From the NCBI RefSeq assembly GCF_044704955.1, contig NC_091999.1, forward strand, positions 22,196,001 to 22,260,000: 64,000 bases of DNA. Reading direction: 5' to 3'. Positions 12,151-22,879 of the stretch are shown one piece after another. This DNA is from Pristiophorus japonicus (Eukaryota). The translations under genes and the position numbers were made by a program. The first letter of the stretch is position 1. The number at the start of each line of letters is the position of its first letter. The notes under the pieces were generated by a model that was given only the letters and a program-made list of their open reading frames with translations, ran no database searches and was not told the DNA's origin.

Positions 12151-15100
12151 GTGGTGTTTCGGAACTGCTCCTTCTGACTGTCAAAATCTGGGTTACTGAT
12201 CTCTTTTCTGCGGCGACTCCTCAACCTTAAAGTCAATCTTTTACGTTTCTCACATATACCAGTTTCTTAAATAACTAGTTAAATGACACTCCCCGCAATA
12301 CACGATCACAATCCAGAAGTTTTACAACCCGTCAGGAGGACTGCTGATTCTCACACAGTGAGCAGGCGCACAGGAACAGAACTGACAAAAACGGTGCAAC
12401 AACGGTGCTCCAGTGAGAGAGACCAGTTCTATCTGTTAATTTCAATGAAGCTCTTTGATTTCTAATGTATTTCTTGTCAATTTCCAACCACCTCAACTCT
12501 GCAGATTTTTTGAAATTAAACTGATATTTATTTGAGAAACTATTCAACATCCAGCCATTCCTCCCTCTCGGTCGACTATCTTGTAAACCGTGTAAAAATT
12601 AATTTCCCTGAAAATAAGTATCTGGAAATAATTCTCATTCCACGGAAAGTGCTGCGCGTTAAACGGGACTAGGTAACAGGGTAAGAATGTCACAATCCAG
12701 GAGACATATACATTGAAACCTGATCACCCACTGATTTGACATATTTGCAATAGTAAATATAACCTGTAAAATCATCGAGGCAAAATCAACTAAAATATTA
12801 AGCGATAGCTTATCGAACTCAGCACAGCCGAGTTATACATGCATTATCTTCTAAATTAATTAGGAATTAATTAAACATTCTCTCCAACCCTTGAGATAAT
12901 GTAATAACTGTAATGTTGACCAGTATGCAATGCAATTGCCAGAGATCATTTATGTTTAATGAATTAGAACGAATATCACATTCTAAGTTTGTGTTCGTGT
13001 TTGCTGATTATTGGAAATACTCTGAGTACCTGTCTGGCACTTCCTCCTCAGAAGCACACGTACCTGGAACTTTTGAAATTAAATTAATGTGCTTGAATTT
13101 CAGTCTTACTGATACAATTAATGAATAATAATTTAAAAACCTTTTCTGCCTGGCAACTTGTGATATATTAAGGTTTACTTAACTTACCATAACAATTCAT
13201 CAACAGTAAAATATTAAGCAGCATATTAATACATAAATACAATCAGAAAAATAAATTATTTTTCTTAACTCAAATCACATTTGACTAATTGACGATAATT
13301 ACGCAGTTCTACTTCTGTCCAGTTCTCTACCGATACATTTTTAAATTCTACATATTCTGACATAACAAAAACTGTGTCTATTTTCAGAGTACATTGCACA
13401 TGATGGATTGAGGAGTGGACTATTTTAAATAGTTCACTGTCCGGCCCGGGTCACAAGTCCGATGTGCTGTAAACCACTTGTTTACTAAACTGGACTCTCG
13501 AGCTGAAATATTCTCCACAATCTTAACTTCCCAAAAATGGTTTTCTTAATTAAAACCAGTTTGCAGTCAGTAGCAGAGCTTCTGCTATTTAATAACACAG
13601 ACAATCATTTACAGTTCACTCCCATTATTCACACAATGCCCCCAAATTAATTATTAAATACATTCTGCTATTTCTTGAAACTAATTTCCAGAATGGTTAG
13701 TGTAAAACTGTAGGATAACAAATCATTCAGACCATCTGCAACACTGAACCTGAATGAGCAAATGGAGGAGAGACTTTGTTCATCAATTTAATATTAATAA
13801 TAATTAACATAATTCTCAGATATGACCTGTGCTTTGTCTACCGTTCTATCCCGTATATAGCACCGCTTTCGGAGAAAGGAAGTTGTGTTAAATTCTAAAC
13901 AAGATGAACATTTTTTAAGTAAATTAATCTGCTTGAATTTCAATGGATTATTTGCCTATCTCCAGCCTATGCAGTCTTGAATTTGAATATAATCACATGA
14001 ATAATTCTTTGACTGCCGGTGACGCCTGACTCACAGCCTCTGATCTTGCAAACTGCTTAAGATTAGTTTACTGATAATTCTATCGGTATCAAACAAAACA
14101 CAATAGTGATTCAATAACAAATTTCGGTTGCACAGTAAGAATTTCATATTAAATTAACAAAATGCAATTTACAACACGGCTTTGAGTTATAATTAAAGAC
14201 ACTGCTAATCATCTCTGTAAACAGGAGGTAACAAGTAACTGAACATCGACTCAAACTGAACACACGGTGGAATCAATATGTTGTCAGTGAACTAATTGCA
14301 GGCATAATTAATAATTGTATCCAGCCTCTAAAAGTTTCTGCTCCTCTTAATGGAGCCCAGTGTACAGCAGGATTTTGGAATGCGAATAATATTAAGAAAA
14401 TTATATTGATATTGTAACATATTTTAAGAACATTGGAAGATATTATCGCATTATAATATTATAATCGGTTTGTTAATAGTAATTTATTTCAGCTACAACC
14501 TGAATAATTGCTAATTATATAGCTGGTAATTACAGTTACGTTTTACTCAGTAAATATCAGCATCGTAAACATAAATTTATAGTTCAATATATAATTATCA
14601 CCAATAATTGTTATGTTAAAATATATTTCAATGATTTCTGATTCCTAAAACCTTCCTGTTCTCTGCCTACAATCTGCTTTCAAACAGTTTCAAACACATA
14701 TCTTGTTTGTATTCGATCAGGAACCTGCTGCTGCCCGCTGTCACCGATATTAAACATTGTAGAAACGCCAAATAGTTTCACAAATTTTTGGTATTCTGAA
14801 TAACAGCGGCACAAACTCTCCTCAGCAGATCAATACTAAATCACATCACTGAGGGGCGGACAGAACCTTTCATGAACAGATCCTTCATTCTCTAAACCAT
14901 TTCAGCAGAATTAAATGTATCATTGCAAAAAGTCTCTTTACAGAATCACCGAAGCCGCCTAACACTAAAGTAACTAATGATTGAATTCAACTGAAATATA
15001 AAATAATGACAGCAGAATTGTGATTTGGTGGATCATGTAAAATACATTAATGTTAATATTATAGCATATTTTAATAATAATGGATGATATAACTACATCA

Positions 15101-15690
15101 TTATAATATTAGTAATATTAATTTAAATCAGGTCCATTGGAATTTAAATCAGGTCCATCTGGAAATGTGTTAATTTTTCAGTCCTTAATTACAGCAACAC
15201 TTCACGTATTGAATCTGTGCATTCGGGAACATTCGGTCAGTAGATGACAAATGTAATTTTCACTAAAATCTTTAAATTCTTTAAGAATATATATTGAGCG
15301 CTAAGGTTTCTGTTATGTGTCTAAAATGTTCTTTCAAAAATATTTAAACACAATGTTTGTATTCGATCAGAAAAACTGCAGCAATCATAGGTCACCGAGA
15401 TTAAACATTGCAGAAGTGTCAAACAGTGTAACAACTTTAAAGTATTTAACGAAACTCAAGCAAAGAAATTCGTTAGCAGATAAACACCAAATCACTTCAA
15501 CAACAACTTATGTGGAGAAACAGTTGAATTCTATAATCACATTGTAGCAGAATTACATAAAACATTGAAAAACCTCAATAGAGAACCCACCGAATCCAAG
15601 TTTCAGTGAACGAAATAATTATTAAAATAAAGAGAAATGTAAAATAAAGGCACAAATACAACAGTTGCAGAATGTATGAATGTTCCTTAC

Positions 15691-15755
15691 TTGCAATCAC
15701 CGTCACCATGGTCCCTGGTCCCCAGTAGCCCATGGCGTCCCTATTCCCGTGGTCC
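15691..15755 (-). CDS. IGHJ: Fused (germline-joined) D(D)-JH segment: DHGNRDAMGYWGPGTMVTVIA
   Basis: WGxG motif, TMVTV and A|GTAAGG donor; 31 nt between heptamer and Trp codon, open in the J frame, no internal RSS. Confidence 0.88.
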
Positions 15756-15783
15756 CACAGTGATAGGAACCCGTACAAATATT
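15756..15783 (-). other. 5' recombination signal sequence, 12-bp spacer, of the D/J block
   Basis: Read from the coding end (plus strand): CACAGTG (15756-62) + ATAGGAACCCGT (12 nt) + ACAAATATT (6/9 nonamer match). Confidence 0.9.
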
Positions 15784-16188
15784 GCATTCAGTCTCTGCTC
15801 AGTACTGATTCTCAACATTCATTCGAAATACACATGCACTTCAAATACAAATTCGCTTCTTATCAAGTTTAGAATTTAGCCAACAGTTAGCAGAAAAAAT
15901 AGAAGGAGAACACAGTTCTCACCAGCTCCCTGCAGGTATCGGGCACAGTGAATCGAGCATCATGTCCAGCTCTGCAATTCTTGACACTGTTAACATTAAA
16001 CAGGAGCACAACCGAAACCTCCCTCTGTACATTGGTTAGAGTGTTACATTTTCACCATTGAATTATCAGTGTCTTAGTTTTGTAAGAAGCGGTTTGTGGT
16101 CTGGTTTTGAACACTGCCGTTAACATTGCATTTGACACAATTACTGACCGTCAGGTTATGTTGGAAGTTATTGAATTCCCCCTCGATC

Positions 16189-16227
16189 TGTTCTTGTACG
16201 GGTCCAGCCCTGGTTCCTCTCGCTGTG
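16189..16227 (-). other. V recombination signal sequence, 23-bp spacer
   Basis: Minus strand CACAGCG + AGAGGAACCAGGGCTGGACCCGT (23 nt) + ACAAGAACA. Confidence 0.95.
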
Positions 16228-16532
16228 GTGCCTTGCACAGTAATAGATGGCGGTGTCTTCGCTCCGCAGTTTCTTCATGTCCAACGCGAAGATGTTGCTT
16301 GAAGTATCTTTGGACACAGTAAATCGGCCCTCAGTCCCCGGGGTGTAATGCTTGTCCGATGAACTGTAATATCTAATCAGCCACTCCAGCCCCTGTCCGG
16401 GAACGTGGCGGACCCAGTACATGTAGCTGCCACCAAGATCTAAGCCGCTGGTTTTACAGGTCAGTCTCAGGGAGCCCCCGGGAATCCTGGTCTCTGCCTC
16501 GGGCTGAGTCAACACCATATCCGACTGGACAC
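16228..16532 (-). CDS. IGHV: Unrearranged VH exon (shark IgM-type VH), open frame
   Basis: [26 protein letters not shown]...[13 protein letters not shown]...[33 protein letters not shown]; canonical Cys/Trp/YYC, directly followed by an RSS. Confidence 0.97.
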
Positions 16533-16657
16533 CTGTAGAAATAATCAAAAACCCCGAGGATCAATCCTGGTGAAATGATTCCTAATTCTGTAACATTCCA
16601 GAGAGACTAACACTGAGACAGGAACAGTGAAAGACTTGGACAATAAAAACTACTCAC

Positions 16658-16703
16658 GGGAAAAGAAAGCCAGCAACAGACTGAGAGAAATAGCCGACCT
16701 CAT
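16658..16703 (-). CDS. IGHV: IgH leader (L) exon, MRSAISLSLLLAFFS + phase-1 split codon
   Basis: ATG at 16703, hydrophobic signal peptide, ends TCC C|GTGAGT donor; 125-bp intron to the V exon acceptor ttctacag; splices in frame ([10 protein letters not shown]). Confidence 0.95.
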
Positions 16704-16795
16704 CCTCCTGGCAATGTGTGGTGAATGGTTTCGGCAAGAACTCACTGGGCAAACGCACTCCCAGACTGTTGGATTGCGGTCCCAGTGACCGGCAG

Positions 16796-16892
16796 TTAAA
16801 TACCCGGGAGGTGGGGGCGAGGTTACAGGCGCCGCCCGTTGATTCCCTGATAGAGGCGGCTTCTGGGTCCACGTCACTCCTTCCACATCACC
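16796..16892 (-). promoter_or_regulatory. VH promoter: TATA-like TATTTAA plus two decamer/CRE-like motifs; no octamer
   Basis: TATTTAA at 16802-16796; AGTGACGTGG at 16878-16869 and GGTGATGTGG at 16892-16883; no ATGCAAAT/ATTTGCAT seen within ~400 bp upstream of the ATG. Confidence 0.6.
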
Positions 16893-18465
16893 AACAGAAT
16901 GGACTCACATCTGGACTCTAAATAAAATCCATTTATTTCCTCACTGCTTCACAGGGTCGTGAATCTCTGAGATTGAATTACTTTATCAGGTTCTAAAGAC
17001 ACGGCCAGTTTATGTTTCTCCATCTCCTGCTATCTATCCATGCATCTGTACCAATAAAGTATCCCCTATAATCTGAATTGTTATCACTCTATGTAACCGA
17101 GTGCGGGAGATGGGTAATGTGATTCTATTTACGGTGCACTTGGCTAAACCGACACACTTTTGGTCTGGAGATGAGATCATACTTCTCACATTATACAATT
17201 TATTCTCATTGCATTTCACTAACTGCCCGTTAGTCTGCGAACCCCAGACAGTCCTTTATAAAATTAGCTGTAAAATGAGTCCGCTTGCCTGATCACTAAG
17301 CACAGCTGTTGAAGGAGACACATAAGAAAGGTGTGCCCGCCCGCTTCAGACCAGTATTTTATGAGAGAAACTTGTGAATCAGAACCGATAATGTGATCAG
17401 CAAACCTCGACATCCAAACCCTTGCAGCTAACTTTAATAGCGACCGAATGTGTAACAGACACGGGTAACAGGAACACGGTGTATCAGGACATAGCGGTAA
17501 GTTACAGAATATCACAGGAACAAATGCTTCATCTCCAGCAGAAACAGATCACAATCTGGGCATTTCACAACCCAATGGTAGCCGGGCTATGAGAGGGGTT
17601 GTTGACGGATCCAAATCAGCTCAAATTACACCGCACACTGCGCGGCTACTAATCAGGAATAATGGAGACATTAGTTTAGACCAGGCGCAGAATTCTGTGA
17701 GAATATTAAAGAAGTGCAGCTGGCACTTCTCTGTGAGAATATTCAAGGCAATTCAATCTGTTTTAATTACTTTGCGAATCTCACTCATCTCTCTACAGTG
17801 TAGGGTGGGGCCATTAAACCTCACTCCAGTACTTCATGCTGTACTGATTAACGGGACTGGATGTCTAGAATGGTCTTTATTTGGAAATAGTTTACATTCG
17901 ATACCGTGTGGATCAATTCATTATTTTCCAATCCTATTTTATAATATGGTGAGCATGAAATTTACGGACAATCATTCTTGAGATGTTATACCATGTAAAA
18001 TGTTTCTTGTTTTAAAAGTGCTACTGAATAATTTAATGTTCAAACAGTTAAATACCATCTTTCTCCCATTCTTGTTCACGCTAATCTGAACCACACAACT
18101 TTTGGCAGTAACCCAACCGACTGCCGTCAGCGAGCATCGAATACCAGTGTCATTTACATGAAGCATGTGGGGTTCTGTGCAGTCCATCAAAGGTCTGTTT
18201 TCTCACTACTGACCGCATACCTGGAAGCCAACTTTTAAACCTTTACATTATCAAAATACACATTTTTATACACATCTACCCAGTAACAGTACTGGAGTTA
18301 AGTTTAATTTTTTTCGACATGTAAATGTGTGTAACTGTTCCCATATCCCAGGAAAGGAAATATATCCAATGTCTCAGATACAATGTCAGTAGTGGCAGTC
18401 AGCTGGAGTATCAGTACCGCACATAACCCTGTAATAGATAGAGAGATAGAGAGATAAAGAGATAG

Positions 18466-18615
18466 NNNNNNNNNNNNNNNNNNNNNNNNNNNNNNNNNNN
18501 NNNNNNNNNNNNNNNNNNNNNNNNNNNNNNNNNNNNNNNNNNNNNNNNNNNNNNNNNNNNNNNNNNNNNNNNNNNNNNNNNNNNNNNNNNNNNNNNNNNN
18601 NNNNNNNNNNNNNNN
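18466..18615. other. Assembly gap (150 N) after a GATA/GA microsatellite
   Basis: N run. Confidence 0.99.
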
Positions 18616-20040
18616 GTGCTGGGTCTACGACTGTTCACATTTTATATTAATGATTTAGATTTTGGAGTCGAAAACACAATTTCTAAATTTTCAAATGCAC
18701 GAGTGGGGGGCGGGTCGGGGTTTCAATACTGTGGAACACTGCTACGAATTGCAAGAATGCATGAATTGACTAATTAATTTCAACACAGATAAGTATGAGG
18801 TATTACGTTTTGGTAAGAAAAATAAGGTCACTTATCACTTATAAAATAAGAATCCTAGTGAGATGGAGGAACCAAAGTCTCTGAGAGTGCAAATACACAC
18901 ATCATTAAAAGTAGCAACGCAATTAATAATGCCATAAAAAGAAGGAAACATGCACGCGGGTTTATTTCTAGAGGGATAGAATTGAAAAGTGCAAAAGTTA
19001 TGCTAAACTTGGTGATACCACATTTGAAGTACTTTGTACAATTGTGCAAAACCACGCCCTTTCTCTGAAGCCCTGCATATGTTTCCATTTAGATATGTGG
19101 ATAGTGCAGGGAAGTGCAGTTGAGGTAGAAGTTCAGCTATGATCCCGTTGAATGATGGGACAGGCTCGAGGAACCGTATGGCCTACTCCTGCTCCCAATT
19201 CTTATGTTCTTATGTTCTGATTTTCAAGAAAATATGGACCTTAGATACACAATCTCTTCTCATAGGACAGCTGCCGCCCCAACCACCCCCCCGACCCCTG
19301 CTCCGCCATCCCAGGAATCAGGCTGATGCACCTTCGATGCACTCCCTCTAAGGCAAGTATATCCTTCCTTAGTTTAGGAGAAATAAACTGCACACAATAC
19401 ACGAGGTGTAGTCTCAGCAGGGCCCTATAGAAGTGCATAAAGGCTTCTTTGATCTAATACTCCAATCCCTTTGCAATAAAATGTTGCTTACCATTTGCTT
19501 TCCTAATTGGTCACTTTGTCTCTATGTTAGCTTTCTGTGATTCGTGTACAAGGCCATCCAGGTCTTTCTGAGTAGCAACATTACCCACTTTCACAGCATC
19601 CAAAAAATATTCTGCGTTTCTATTTGTCCTATCAAAATGCGTAACTTCACACTTCTCCACATTATACTCAATCTGCCATGTCCTTGCCCACTCACCTAAC
19701 TTGTCAATATGCCTTTTCGGCCTCCTTACTTGCTCCTCACTGCTTACTGTCCTACCTAACTTTGTTTTATACAGTACACTAATTTCGTCATCTTTCTATA
19801 CACGTGTAGAAGTACTAACAATCTGTTTCTAGGTTTTTGATAGCTTATTTAATTTTATATTTTCTCCCATATGATCAGTTGCATGTGCATCTTTTGCAGA
19901 ATTCTAAAATCTTCCCAATTTTCGGGCTTACTACTGGTTTTGTCAACATAATACGCATGTTCAATTAATTTAATACTATCTTTAATTTATTTTGTTAGCC
20001 ACAGTTGCACCATTTTTCCTGTCAGGTTTTTATTCATTAT
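18616..20040. mobile_element. CR1 fragments (plus ~18616-19215, minus ~19240-20040)
   Basis: RT motifs (LFTFYINDL; LHLVYCVQF) and a ttcttatgttcttatg tail. Confidence 0.8.
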
Positions 20041-20999
20041 GGAAGTTTATCTAATCTGACGGCTCTGTATTATGAGCCGAAGGTGAATTTGCAAAATAAT
20101 TTTGCAAATTCCGCCCTTGATACTTCCTGATCATCTGCACCTCTTGGTGGTTCGCTCTAAAAACAAATCCTCTGCGTAAACGTTCAAGTAAGTTATAGTG
20201 GTTGGAATTGTGAATCATGTTTAAATTAAGCTCTGGGGCCTACAGCTGATATCCTTTATCAGCAGGTGGCGACAGTGATCATATTGAAAGATGAGTCATG
20301 TGGAGACGGATGTTGCTGAGCATTTCAGTCACCGTCTGCATTGTCAACACAAGTAATAGCATTTTAACAATATAATTAATGCTCAGATTACTTCTCAGTC
20401 AGTCAAATTTGAAGGGAGCATGTATCCTTCGAAATAATCTGAAGGGCAAAGAAAGATAGCATTATTTCAATGCAAACTTTAGGAAGATTGTCGGGCTGTT
20501 GCCGAGGATGCAGAGGAGATTGCTGCAAGGCATGAGGGAGTTCAATTATGTCGACACGAGAGAGGATGGGATTATTCTTATTATAGCAGGGAATGCTTAG
20601 GGCGGAATTAACAGAGGTTTTCAAAATTGTAAAGGGGTTTCATAGTGTTGATAGTAAGGTAGGGTTTCCATCGGCAGGTCTATCGGTAACCAGAGGACAA
20701 AGATTAAGATGATTGATGAAATAAATCTAGATGGGAGAAAAGGAGATTTTTTTATGCAGCGAGTTGTAATAACCTAGAATGTATTGTCTGAAAGGGTGAT
20801 GGCAGCAGATTCAATTATAACTTTCAAATCGGGAAATGATATATATTTGAAAAGGAAAGATGATCTGTGTAATAAAAAGAGAGACAGTGTCGAGGATAGT
20901 ATAAACAGAGACAGTGCCTGGCGTAATATAAACAGAGACTGGGCCGAGAGTAACAAAAACAGAGACAGCATTCAGTTTAATATAAAAAGAGACAGGGTC

Positions 21000-22555
21000 A
21001 GTACTTAAGGAGGTGGCCTTGGAAATAGTGGATGCATTGACAGTCATTTTCCAACATTCCATTGACTCTGGATCAGTACCTATGGAGTGGAGGGTAGCCA
21101 ATGTAACCCCACTTTTTAAAAAAGGAGGGAGAGAGAAAACAGCGAATTACAGACCGGTCAGCCTGACATCGGTAGTGGGTAAAATGATGGAATCAATTAT
21201 TAAGGATGTCACAGCAGTGCATTTGGAAAGAGGTAATATGATATCCAAGTCAGCATGGATTTGTGAAAGGGAAATCATGCTTGACAAATCTTCTGGAATT
21301 TTTTGAGGATGTTTCCAGTAGAGTGGACAAGAGAGAACCAGTTGATGTGGTATATTTGGAGTTACAGAAGCCTTTGGACAAGGTCCCACACAAGAGATTA
21401 ATGTGCAAAGTTAAAGCACATGGGATTGGGGGTAGTGTGCTGACATGGATTGAGAACTGGTTGTCAGACAGGAAGCAAAGAGTAGGAGTAAATGGGGACT
21501 TTTCAGAATGGCAGGCAGTGACTAGTGGGGTTCCGCAAGATTCTGTGCTGGGGCCCCAGCTGTTTACACTGTACATTAATGATTTAGACGAGGGGATTAA
21601 ATGTAGTATCTCCAAATTTGCAGATGACACTAAGTTTGGTGGCAGTGTGAGCTGCAAGGAGGATTCTTTGAGGCTGCAGAGCGACTTGGATAGTTTAGGT
21701 GAGTGGGCAAATGCATGGCAGATGAAGTATAATGTGGATAAATGTGAGTTTATCCACTTTGGTGGTAAAAACAGAGAGACAGACTATTATCTGAATGGTG
21801 ACAGATTAGGAAAAGGGGAGGTGCAAACAGACCTGGGTGTCACGGTACATCAGTCATTGAAGGTTTGCATGCAGGTACAGCAGGCGGTTAAGAAAGCAAA
21901 TGGCATGTTGGCCTTCATAGCGAGGGGATTTGAGTACAAGGGCAGGGAAGTGTTGCTACAATTGTACAGGGCCTTGGTGAGGCCAGACCTGGAGTATTGT
22001 GTACAGTTTTGGTCTCCTAACCTGAGGAAGGACATTCTTGCTATTGAGGGAGTGCAGCGAAGGTTCACCAGACTGATTCCCGGGATGGCGGGACTGATCT
22101 ATCAAGAAAGACTGCATCAACTGGGCTTGTAGTCACTGGAGTTCAGAAGAATAAGAGGGGACCTCAAAGAAACGTTTAAAATGCTGACGGGGTTAGACAG
22201 GTTAGATGCAGGAAGAATGTTCCCAATGTTGGGGAAGTCCAGAACCAGGGGACACAGTCTAAGGATAAGGGGGAAGCCATTTAGGACCGAGATGAGGAGG
22301 AATTTCTTCACCCAGAGAGCGGTGAACAAGTGGAATTCTCTACCACAGAAAGTTGTTGAGGCCAATTCACTAAATATATTCAAAAAGGAGTTAGATGAAG
22401 TCCTTACTACTAGGGGAATCAAGGGGTATGTTGAGAAAGCAGGAATGGGGTACTGAAGTTGCATGTTCAGCCATGAACTCATTGAATGGCGGTGCAGGCT
22501 AGAAGGGCCGAATGGCCTACTTCTGCACCTATTTTCTATGTTTCTATGTTTCTAT
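21000..22555 (+). mobile_element. 5'-truncated CR1 LINE (RT C-terminal half and 3' UTR)
   Basis: GVPQDSVLGP, KFADDT, LEYCVQFWSP; (TTCTATGT)n tail at 22532-22555; same family as the 54.8-59.4 kb element; possible TSD acagg(g/t)tc. Confidence 0.95.
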
Positions 22556-22879
22556 ACAGGTTCTAGTATAATATAGAGAGGGACAAATTCTACTGTAATT
22601 TAAATAGAGACATGGTCTAGTGTAATATAAACAGAGACAGGATCTTGTGTAATATAAACAGAGACTGGTTATAATGTAATATAAACAGGATCAGGGTCTA
22701 GTGCAATATTAGATAGAAGTACAGATAGATGGATAGAAGTACGAATCGAACGACGGATGGACAGACGGACGGTCCGACCGACCAAACGACAGATAGACAG
22801 ACGGATAGACAGTCAGACAGACATGAAGATTTGCAAGGTTGGAATGTTGCTATCAAATTATTCTAGACATTCTGTATGG

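Noticed and set aside
8906-15690. Class-switch (S) region in the J-Cmu intron
   Set aside because: No dense AGCT/G-rich tandem array; the only tandem repeat is the dispersed 67-bp family.
15944-15950. Perfect heptamer CACAGTG between V and DJ as a possible D RSS
   Set aside because: No nonamer at 12 (TGTCCAGCT) or 23 (GCAATTCTT) spacing and no opposing RSS bracketing a D segment.
17589-17981. 130-aa ORF upstream of the VH promoter
   Set aside because: No recognisable domain or supporting splice structure; a length expected by chance.
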